A DNA stretch of 64,000 nt from Yuukianura sp. NJ FZ-2021 (lineage: Eukaryota). A model generated the notes under the pieces. The model did no database searches. It was not told the origin of the DNA and was given only the letters and a program-made list of their open reading frames with translations. Made by a program: the position numbers and the translations under genes. Location: the NCBI GenBank assembly GCA_046563655.1, contig CM102284.1, positions 5,890,001 to 5,954,000 of the forward strand. Direction: 5' to 3'. Positions 1 through 10,900 of this stretch are shown piece by piece (the first letter of the stretch is position 1; every line of letters starts with the position of its first letter).

Positions 1-84
1 ATCCTCTTCAATGTTGTAGCCACCCGGTGATGAGATGACCAAACGATTATACTGAAGCCGATGAAAGATGCCTGCTATTTTTAG

Positions 85-410
85 AAGCTGAATAATGATT
101 ATCAATACGTATTATTAATAAGTGTTAATAATTATTATCAATAACTATTAATAATGATATTATTAATTATTATCAACAGGAATTAATAACTGTATTATTA
201 ATTATTATCAATGAGTATTTATAACAGTATTATAAATCATTATCAATACGTATTAATAATGGTATTATTAATTAGTATTACCGATAAATATTAATAATAC
301 TATTACTACTTATTATCCATAAGTATTAATAATGGTATTAATAACTAGTATTATTAATTATTATCAATTAATAATAATAGTGATTTATTAAAGTATTAAC
401 AATAGAATTA
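85..410. repeat. Extremely AT-rich low-complexity tract of degenerate ATTATTATCAAT/TAATAA motifs
   Basis: Recurrent attattatcaa, taataat and gtattaat words with almost no G/C. Confidence 0.8.
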
Positions 411-761
411 CCTAATTCCTTGTATCACTTGCATCGTACAAAAAAGGTGCGGTTACAACTGGTGCAATGTGTCCTTACTCCAATGGAGTCATAACACAAT
501 TACACAAAGGCTACATAAAAACTGAATTACGTAAAAAAAATACTGTTTTCGAAAAATTTGAAACTTGAATTCCCGCTGCTAACGTTAGAACAAACCTCCG
601 ATATACACAGACGTTTATTATTCGGAAAATTGTCGAGTAATACGTATTAACTGAGTAGCAATAATTAAGATAATATACTAACCTCACTTCAGTGCATAAT
701 ACCCATAACAAATTAGTATAAATTAGTATTAGTATATAATTACTACCTTATGGTAAATAAC

Positions 762-916
762 ATTTCTCCTTGTTGAAATCTAGCTAAGTCTCAGGAATAC
801 CTAAAAATTTCTTCTTCATAAAATCTAGCTAAGTCTCAGGAATACCTAAAATTTCTCCTTGAAGAAATCTAGCTAAGTCTCAGGAATATCTAAAAATTTC
901 CTCTTGATGAAATCTA
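762..916. repeat. Tandem minisatellite, ~45-bp unit, about 3.4 copies
   Basis: aaatctagctaagtctcaggaata(c/t)ctaaaa occurs three times, followed by a partial unit. Confidence 0.9.
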
Positions 917-1774
917 TAATAATTAAATCTGTATTGAGAAATAATTATTTCACTTAATTGATTATGATTATCCTTGCGTACCGTGGCAGAATATTTGTAG
1001 CGGGCACAGACTGTAGTAATTTGAAATTCCCTCTTATTCCTAAGAACAATGCAGCTTGTCATATCTTCTGCTTACACTTTATATTAAGCAACAGAGGAGA
1101 AATTTGTAAAGTAGTTCAACAGACAAGGTTGACGTAAGGATGGACATGTAAAAGCTGCCTCCCAGCGAAGCCACTTCTGCTGTAGCCATGTTTTATGGCT
1201 ACACTTCAATATCAACTTATGTTGCCACTTTAATATAACGGTAACGGAGAAGGTGGCAATATAAGTTACCACAGCGTTGCCGTCTATCGTAGCCGCAGAG
1301 TGAATAAGCTGCGAGATAACTGGGTTGGTCGTTACACCTTAGCGCAACCACAAAAAAGTAAAGTAAAACATACGGCATGGCATTTTATTTCAGCGAGAAA
1401 TACCGGACTTGGATTTTTGGACTCCTCTACTGCTTGGTTTGAATTTAACTTTATATTGTTCAATTAACCAAGGGATTAATCGTTTTAATTAAGGTAAGTC
1501 AGCTAATTATGTACCCTATAAGGTACGCTGCTTGAAGGAGTCCATTGTATTTCGGATACGGGAAGGGGAAATCGGTTGAAGTACCCATTTCGTTTGAGGT
1601 TTGCCGTGTGTACCTTCGATTTTTTACACATGGTTTCGTTCCATCGGGATCGAGGGATACTGATGAAGATGAATGCTGGAGTTCTCTTCCTTTAGTTGTT
1701 TCAAATCTTGGTGTTTAGTTTATCTATTAATTCTGAAAAAATCACATTGGTTTTTTTTTTACTTTCCAGGAAAA

Positions 1775-2688
1775 ATGGCAATCCGACCCGCACAGAAACC
1801 CCGCATCGTAAAGAAGCGGACGAACAAGTTTATTCGCCATCAAAGCGATCGTTATGTGAAGGTCAAGGTGAGTGGATACTGGATCACTGATGCGTGCTAT
1901 TTGCTAGTATTACACTTTAGAGATGAACAAGAACACGGATACCTTCGTTGACGGATGACGGACCAGTAGTGGGCAGTCAAACGAATTCAATTATTGTTTG
2001 CCGGTCAAGTATTAAATTAACCCCAATCGCCACGCTGAGGTGACCAATAATGTCATTATCAGTGCCAAATGTTTATTTGACAAGGGGGAGATTAAGATGG
2101 CTTTTTAAGAAGCATTTTGTCATAAATGATTGACAGGAGTGTGCCAAAACTGAGCCACAGATTTTTTTTTACTTTAACATTTGACTGTGTTCGTCTAAAT
2201 TATGATCTCAAGTTCAATTCTAAATATAAAACTTAAACTTATCGTTAAATGTGTGTTTTAAAATTGTAGGAAAGCTGGAGGAAACCGAAAGGTATTGACA
2301 ACAGAGTAAGGAGGCGCTTCAAGGGACAATACTTGATGCCAAACATCGGTTATGGAACTGCCAAGAAGACCAGGCATATGATGCCAACAGGGTTCCTGAA
2401 AGTGTTGGTCCACAATGTTAAGGTTAGTAAAAATGATCAAGCCAAAGTTCAATCAATCCAATTCAGGATTCTCTAAACCCTATTATCGAAACTTCTGAAT
2501 AATCCCTAATTTTTGTTTCGATTTTTCAGGAACTTGAAATGCTCATGATGCAAAACCGGAAATACTGTGCCGAAATTGCTCATGGTGTGTCCTCCAAGAA
2601 GCGGAAGTCCATCGTTGAACGAGCGCAGGAACTGTCGATTCGAGTGACAAATGCTGCTGCCCGTCTCAAGAGTGAAGACAATGAGTAA
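1775..2688 (+). CDS. RpL32: 60S ribosomal protein L32 (eL32), 134 aa; coding exons 1775-1867, 2270-2422, 2530-2688; non-coding first exon ends at 1493
   Basis: Spliced translation [60 protein letters not shown].../[26 protein letters not shown]...[13 protein letters not shown] phase-0 introns; AATAAA at ~2765. Confidence 0.98.
2004..2162 (+). ncRNA. Candidate intronic box H/ACA snoRNA in RpL32 intron 1868-2269
   Basis: Two hairpins, H-box AGATTA (2089-2094), 3' hairpin closed by GGCT/AGCC directly followed by ACA (2157-2159), 14 nt between the upper stem and ACA. The 5' boundary is uncertain. Confidence 0.6.
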
Positions 2689-4965
2689 AGAATTCCAGCT
2701 ACGATAAGTTATCCTCATTTTCGGTTACTCGTTTTACCCTATTCCTATTTGTTCACCGAATGGGAATAAATGGCTACAGATTGTCAGTTCTTAATAATTG
2801 ACTACTCTACTTTCTAATTAATCAGTTACTATTTTTGAGTTCTAATCAATAGTTTCTTTTCTTCAAGTTTTGTTTTCGTAGGCCAGCCAGCATTTTGCCT
2901 TCACTTCTACAATGTACATGTCTATTCCTCCTTTGCTGACATAGCATGTGTCGGTGGGAGCCGTTTTTTCCGAAAACTTCCAGCTGATTTCCGACATCGT
3001 TGGGGGAAATCGAACTTTCTCCGTCAGACAGGGTCGACTAGTGCCATTTGCGAAAATTGAGTGGATCACCTGCATGGAGGGAGCCGTTGCTGTTGAAATT
3101 TTGGCAATCTCCTCATCTGTTTCGTCACGAGGACGAGCAAAAGCAATGGAACTTGCAAAAAGTTTGCGAAAAAGGAGTCGACGACACGACGAGAGAAGGA
3201 AAATGCCCGGATTGAGTCGAGACAGGAGGGGAGAGAGGGGGTAGTGGTGGCTCCCCACCCATTTCGCTTGGAGTCTTCCTAGCAACCACCACTCACTCCT
3301 CCCCTATTTGCCAATTTTTTTCTTCGCAACTGCTATAAGCTCTTTGCGAAGAAGCACGAACGACTTGGCGGATCTCATCGTAGAACCATATAACTTTTTT
3401 TTTGCGTGTGTTCTCCTGCCTTACTACTTTCAACGTCTACCGAAATAAGCCCCATGTCTGGCTTTGGCACTGGGACTATCTCTCCTGTTTTTGCTATATA
3501 CGAACCAAGCACAGACTAAAACATAGTAGGCAAACTTTAGTGTGTGAAGTGGGTCCTTTTTTTCGCTAACTCGTACATTTTGGCATGGTGGCTCCTATTT
3601 TAGCAAAACCTCTCTCTCTTCTTTATTCCACACCTTCTGTCTGCTATCTGTCTGCTTCCTAAACCAAAAGTTTCGTTGTTAAGCATATTATAAATATTAT
3701 GTTCCATTGCTGGTTAGTTCTACTTACTATAGACACGTACCTACCACTCAAACATTACAGTTGTGTATGGAGTAGGAGGAATTTTAGGCAAAATTTAAGG
3801 TGTTTGCAAAATTTCAACTTTTACTGAACCAGAAAAAGCAGTGTTTTTGAGGTCTTTTTGCAAAAAAGTGAAAGTCGTCTGTCGGAGCCCTCCCTTCCCC
3901 CCTCTCTTCGGCTCTCCATTTAATTTGTCGCCGTCTCCCGTCATCAGCATCAGCAGTTTCAACAGACATTGTACAGCTAGACGTCTGTGATTTTTTGTTT
4001 GAGGGGTTTCGCTAATAATCTCCCCCCACCCTGACCTAGGAACAACAATCAGTACCAGTTTTTGCAAAATATTTGCGAATCTACTCACCTGAACAAACTT
4101 GCACTTCTGGAGTGTTATGGATTTTGATTTTGAACCTGTGAAATTCTACTGCTACGTTTTTGGTGCTTAAAGTGGTCTTGGGGGACAAATTGCAAAAACT
4201 GTGCAAAATTTTGCAACCTTGGGGCTCATCTGGATAGAGAAAGGGGGATGGTTCGAGATCTTGAATTTGAACATCGCCAACTCTATGTAAACTGCTGAAA
4301 AACCATCAAAAATAAAATTTCAACTTTAATTAATACACAATAGAGAGGAAACTGGCTTTGAATGGTTAGAAGAAATCGAAAAATCGATTACGATGAATTT
4401 ACCGTTTGAATTTTGAGGATAAAGATTGTTTTGTTTGTTTTTCCAGCTGATTTCCGGTGCATTGGATTGAAGCAGAAGCAGTTCAAGCTGCAAATTTGCA
4501 AATATTGCTTAAATTTGCAAAATTTTGCAAATTTTTGACAGTACGTGCAATTTTAGTAGAGGAAAATCCAAATTCGTTCTCACAAGAAAAGAACAAAGAA
4601 GACGCGACGCCATCACTCGCCAAAGGAATTGGCGCGAAATTGAGTTCGAAAATTGGAATTTTGAAACTCGCGGGAAATTTGAATTTGGAAATTTTTGTGA
4701 CGAAAAAAATCAAAACAAAAAACAGCTGAAGTCCGGCAGCAGTTTTCCCGTAGTCATTGTCACCAGTTAGCAGCTCTCATCAACCAATTAATTGGCTGCT
4801 ACATTACGTTTTCATCTCGTCAGTCGTCTATCATCGTCTTCTCACGGTACTCGTCAACGTAAGCAACTTAGGCTCGTCTATTCTAATCGTCGTTCGAAGG
4901 TCAACGTTACTCAAGTCAAGGCTCTCAAAATTTCGTCAACGTCTACAAATACGACTTGCGGTGGG

Positions 4966-7900
4966 ATGTCAGACGCGGAGAGTGAAGATCAACCCAGCGG
5001 AACTCGACGATCTGGAGGCGGTGGAGGTAAGCTCTCACTTTCTGTATCTCTTTTAGTAAGTAATTCGATTAACTATCGGATGTTGATGTTAATCGGTTCA
5101 TAACATTACGATGGAATCATAAGGATGTTGGTGGTATGTGGTCAGTTCTAATCCGCTTAGGCGATGTCAGTTTCAGTTTATGTTTGTAGGGGTTATTCGG
5201 GTATTGCCTCCAACCGCCATGATGCTTGTGACTCCTCATTTGGTTATCCGTATTAATGGAATGGAAAAGTTGGTGTGACCTTCATCATCATAGCCACAGC
5301 TTCCGTGTTCCGCTACCAGGCTGAGGCATCGGATGAGGAAGGAAATTTCAGTATTCATGTCATCGTTCACCTGAGATTTACGTGGTTTTCGTCAATTAGA
5401 CTTAATTGTGCGGCCGGACAGGGTCTAAAGATATATCTAAAATGTGGTCTACTTAGATTTTACTAAAGTCATTCACTTCTGTTTCTGCTTTAGGCTATGT
5501 TTAAATGGATTCACCACGAGCGAATAGCCGACATGCCAGCCGAAGTCCAAATCTGTAGGAATTCGTCTTTAAAATTCAATTCGCGAAGCAATCCTGCTCA
5601 ACCATATCATGCTTGATGGGACTATGGAACCATTATGCCAGCCAATTTGGCGTTTAGTGGCATCTTCTTGCTGTTGAATTGAGAAAGATTTGGTTAACTC
5701 GGCTGAGCATGATGGACTCTGCGTAGGCCATTATCCTATGCCTTACTAGTTAAGTAATTGACGACGGCTGCAGTTTTGCAGTAACTCGTGCAGTGGATCC
5801 CAGTTATGAAGATGCCTGACCTTTCTCTGTTCATCTTGTTTTGTTGATTGATATGATCTCAGATTCGTAGGCCAGAGCATCAGCAGCAGCCATTGCCTTG
5901 AGTATTCCTTCTCGAATTTTTGTAAACAACCCACTTGAGTTCAGGATTTGGTCGGTGTATGGCTCTGGGCGCCTACTTGGCTTCTTTATGCCTAATTCAA
6001 AGCTGCGTTGTTCTCTCTACAATGTTTTAATTTATGAGTTCACATCTTTATTTTCCTGTCGCTGCGGCATAACCGTGGGCCCTCCATAATTTATAATTGT
6101 TATAGCTGCTGTTGGATTCTGCATCTGCAAAATATTAGGTTATGTTAGGCTAATTTACCTGCAAAATATTACGTTATGTTAGGCGAATTTACTAACTTGG
6201 AAATTATTGTTGTCCTTTTCAGGATCCGTTTGCTTGAAACTACTAATTCATGACCGAATTTATGAAAATTGAGGTTGCGATTGCGAATCTTGAAAACTCC
6301 GAATTCCTCAAATTTTCATGCGACTTTTTTTAAACGTCCGGCAAAGTGATGGAAGAAGATGCTTAGCCAGTTCTCGTTGTGTTTGCGGTCTCTCCGTTTT
6401 TGCACGCCTTTAAAAGTTTAATGGGCACTAAATAATAATAATAATTAGTCTTGGTTATTGTCCCAGCACGCATCCCCGTCTCGAATATAGACATTCAACT
6501 CTCATCTATATTTGATTCACCGTGCCGTTGAACTTGTTTTGTGGAAATTGTTAAGGTATTAATGGATATTCCACCTTGAAGTACCTCATCTTTTATTATA
6601 TTTTCTGTTTCTAGTAGCAGACTACACACATATACAGACAAAACAATGGTTGTCCATTGTCAGAATTGAGGGCCACTTTAGTACAAGAGAGCTCCTTGTA
6701 TTCTTCTCATTAGCCCGTTCCACTTGAAAGACTCAAATTAATTTGTGTCCATGTAATATTTGCGATTATGATCATTTTATGACTTTGAAATCTGGATCTG
6801 AAAAATGATACATGTAAAAACTGCATAGGGTATTTAGAATTTTGAGTCATAACTTTACATGAAAATGCTCTTTGGTCATGTCATATTTGTTGATTGTTTT
6901 CTTTTTGGATTGCAGTTTGTACTGTGAGAGGTCAGACAGGCGTAGAGGAGAGTTGTCAAGGCTGAGCATGATAAATTTTATGATATCCGACAGTTTTTTG
7001 GAATCATTTGACTTCAATCTGGGTGGTTTTGTATTTCCTGTTAAACAATTGTAGTACAATTTCGTACTTTATAAAGCTTGTAGAGGTTGTGTCTTCTTTT
7101 TTTGAAGTTTTTAAGTTCAGTGTTGTTAAGAGGCGGGTTCATTTGGGTAGGAAAGTGTTGGACATGATGGTGGTAGGGCTGGCATTTGGAATGATCATTA
7201 GTAGTGTAATGTTATTTGATTACGATCTCTATTGTTGACGTGGAAATACAAACAGAGGCTAAAACGCTTAGACTTTGACTCGGTTCGTCCATTTTTGTGT
7301 GTTTTCCCTGTTTGGTTGTTGAATTTAAGTTGAAACGAAGGGCTCCTCGAGATTTCGGAATTGTTATTTTTGGGAAGAGCTGTGAAGCGTTTCCTTAATT
7401 GTTTTTTTTTATCATTACTTTTCATCCGTCTCCTGCTGACAAATACTACAGAGAGTTTACGATTACGGAAACGACAAGTAGATACAAAAATCCAGTGCGT
7501 AAAGTACATAAAATGATCAACAGTTCCACATGCTACTAGGGTTTCTAAAAGCAAATTTCGGTTTCAAATTCTTTTTCCGGTGAAAAGGAGGGATATTTTA
7601 AGATTTAGGAGATTCGAAGACATTGAAAAGTGGGTGCTTGGAAAGCGTCTAAGGAATTCTTGGGTGGCTGAGTTTTGGTTTTAGAGAATTTTTTGGTAAT
7701 TTGCTCTAACAAGGAATCTGCATCAAAAAGTCAAGATTCACTATAGCTCATTTTCAGTTTCAGGAATTTTATGGAGTTTCGGGTTGATGGTTTTTTCCAA
7801 ATCTGTCACAGGGGACACTTTGTTGCTCTTTAGTTTGACTGTCAAAGATGCATTCCAATTTTCCAGTAAAGGAATAGGAGCATTGCACCATCAAAAATGC

Positions 7901-10900
7901 AGAGAAAATCATGAAAAGTTTTGAAATTTTTTGGCATTAGAAGAATTTCAGTTTTGACTTCTAACACAATTTGAACTAAAAATCATTCAGGGACCTATAA
8001 AAGAAGGAATGCTCAAATTGTTATTAAAACGGACCTGGTTCATCTTCATGCTACTTTTTTTGCTAAGTCGAAAAATTCAAATTGGTCTCTTTTGAATTTA
8101 GTGTCTAAAAATGGTTGAAAAATTATGCCTGACGTTTTAAAAAAGCGAAATTTAAGGAATTTTTGTTGTCTGTTTTTTTTTTTGAAATGTTTGAGTCGAT
8201 TTCAAGTTGTCAGAAAAGAATTATTTTTCGTCCATTTTATTTTTGGCGATGAAAAAAAAAATTAATTTTTTGTGTTTTTTTGTGCATCAAACTATGTAAT
8301 TTTTCCTTTATTAAAACTTTGACAAATTAAAACATGCACCTGCCAATGGCAGGTTAAAGACATAAATCTGAGCAATTAAAAATATAGTTATACTATTTTT
8401 TGTATTCTACCATAAAAAATTTTCGCTAAGTTTGAAAATTTTGGGTCGATTTGACACTTTCTTGACAACTTTTTTTTTCTGTCTCTTGCAACTTTTTTGC
8501 TTTATGCTTTTCGAAAAATGCGTTTTAGATTCGACCGAAAAAAATTTTTTTTTTATCCAAAGTGTCGCATTACACCTCCGTTCGAAACTTTTTTTTTTCA
8601 AAACCGAGGAAAACTGTATTAATTTTGTGAGTAAATCCGGAAATTTTTCTGTGTGGCGTTATTCTGTCTAAAAAAATCAACTTTCAGATTACCGTTCTGA
8701 CGATTTTTCTAAACATTTTTCAAAAATCGTTTCATTTTGAAAAACTTTTACGTTTCGATGGAACAGATCGTAAATGAAGTTCTCAACACTTCCTTTGAGT
8801 AATGAGTAATTTGAAAAGGAAGGATAACGATAGGCTGAACTTGTATTTGGTACCAGAACCCCTTAATTATTTTTTTTGGTGTAGTGTATTAATAACAATA
8901 GTTTTTGGAAGTGATACAGATCTTAAGGGGGAGAGGAAGAAGTTTTTGTAGTTTACGATTAAACTTCTAACTCTGATGACTTCCGTTTTGAAGTGGTTTT
9001 AAAATGGATTTCTTAAAAGTTCACTGAGGTTACATAATAGTTAAAAGCCTTTTAATTGCTCTGGCTCTGCTTCGGAAATTTGATTCATTAGTTACTTTGA
9101 AATTTTACACTAAATTGCTCGGTAATTTTTTCATATCCAGTAGATCTGACTTTGCTGTTCAGATTTTTAAATTAAATTGAAAATGAGCTTGAAAGTTTTT
9201 GTTCATTTGCTTTGCTCCTACAAAGTTTAACTTCAATTTGAACAAATTTCGGTCATTTCCTGTTCAATTCCAACACTCAGCAGTATTTCCTGGAACTTGT
9301 TGCAGTTTTTTTGAAACTTTTTTGTTAGAAAGTTTATGAAGCCGATGGTGCCCTTTTGCCTTGCTTTTAAAGATCTTTTAAGTTGTGGAGTCGTTTTCTG
9401 TGGCATTCCTGCTGTTTTCCTGGGGTGTGAATGACCAAAAAATTTTAATGTTGTAAGCGAGAGCTGGAGCGATCAGCTTACGATATAAATTAGGACTGCC
9501 GTACTTAGCCATGCAATTCACTTGACAGTTTCAAAAGTTATGTAACAGAAACATACTGGGATCTAGCAGAATGCTTTTTTTCGAAAGCCATTTAAAAAGG
9601 TAAAAAGCGTATTTTAAAAACTTAAATTTTAAGGCAGCGCTACAATTTAGGCTAAAACGCTCTGCAGTTTAGCCTGTCAAAGTTAAGTTGATGTTGAACA
9701 AAAAGCTCACAAAGTTTACAGCATTTCGAGAGGTTCAAGAATTCGTATTAACTTTTAAAAGAAGAATTACACCGGCGATGCAAAATCAAAACCAAAACTG
9801 ACGCTGATTCAAAATTTTTGAATTTTCTGAAAACTGTTTGCTTTTGATACTCGATATTTTTTTATTTTTTGGTGCGAAAATTTTGACACATCTTAGTTAA
9901 TGTTGGAAGCTAAGTGTGTTAAGTAGGGTTTAGTCAAGTGTGAATGTAATTGAGGATGTACTGTGACTCAAGCCGAAAAATCCAATCCGATGATGATGAT
10001 CATCATCATCTCGACGGTGGTTCATCATCATTGTTCATAACTTTCAGTTTTTCCGTTATTCATCACTTCCTTTTTGAATCATCATTGGACAATTAAGTTT
10101 TGGTTATTGAATCACCCTGTTTTTCTATTTTGTTACACACTTGAGACCGATTGTGAAGGTGGCCACAGTGTTTCCTGTCGCCTAGTCTGAATCTGTCATT
10201 CAAAATTTCAAAGTACTAAAAATATGTCTAGAAACTGAGGATTTTCGGTTCAGGTAGTTGGTGGTGAAGATGATGAAGGCGATGCTGCGGTGGTTTGGAT
10301 ACTGGGTGACGCAAGTATAGGTTTTCCTGGAAGTAGTTGAAAATTTGTTGCCATTTAACATTCAATGTTCTCTTTTTGAACGCTTGCAGGGCTCAGTTTC
10401 GTATTTTTTAGAAGTTGAGATTCTGCGGCATGCGTTGAAGACGCTTAGACACACACTTAAGTGATTCATTCCTTTTTAAGCACAGTTTTTATCAATTTGT
10501 CAGTGTTTGAGAAAATGCCGTCCGTTGGCAGGCAAGCGCCAGAGGTGAAGGCGGTGTCTATTCAAAAATTGTTGTAAAGCCAACGCTGTGTTTTCTGTCC
10601 AATTCAATTTTCTCACTGATCTTTGACTTTAGAACTTTCTCCATGTATGACGATGAGATGGGTTGATGGGTTTGGAGAGTAGGCGGACAGTGGTAGTTTT
10701 GTATTATTGTGGTTTGGAGAGATGCTAATGATAGTTTTTTAAGAAGATGTGAGAAGATGTTCCATTTTGGCAAGGTTTGGTGTAAGGAGATCCCTACAAA
10801 GAAGGCTTCCTCCATCCTTATCCTCGTGGAATTTGAATTTTCCCCCTCAAGCGTCGAACTTTATTTCCTTCCTGCTGGAGCTGATGCACAATTTTGGAGT

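Noticed and set aside
25-60. TGATGA...CTGA resembling a C/D-box snoRNA
   Set aside because: The boxes are only about 20 nt apart, too short for a complete snoRNA, and the feature sits at the window edge.
762-916. CRISPR-like repeat-spacer pattern
   Set aside because: The intervening segments are similar to one another, there are no cas genes and the context is eukaryotic: a minisatellite.
2863-3285. 140-aa and 98-aa overlapping ORFs downstream of RpL32
   Set aside because: No recognisable domain or splice support; more likely the GC-rich promoter/5' region of Pur-alpha.
9989-10010. Perfect 22-bp palindrome GATGATGATGATCATCATCATC
   Set aside because: Explained by abutting GAT/ATC microsatellites, which are frequent in this window.
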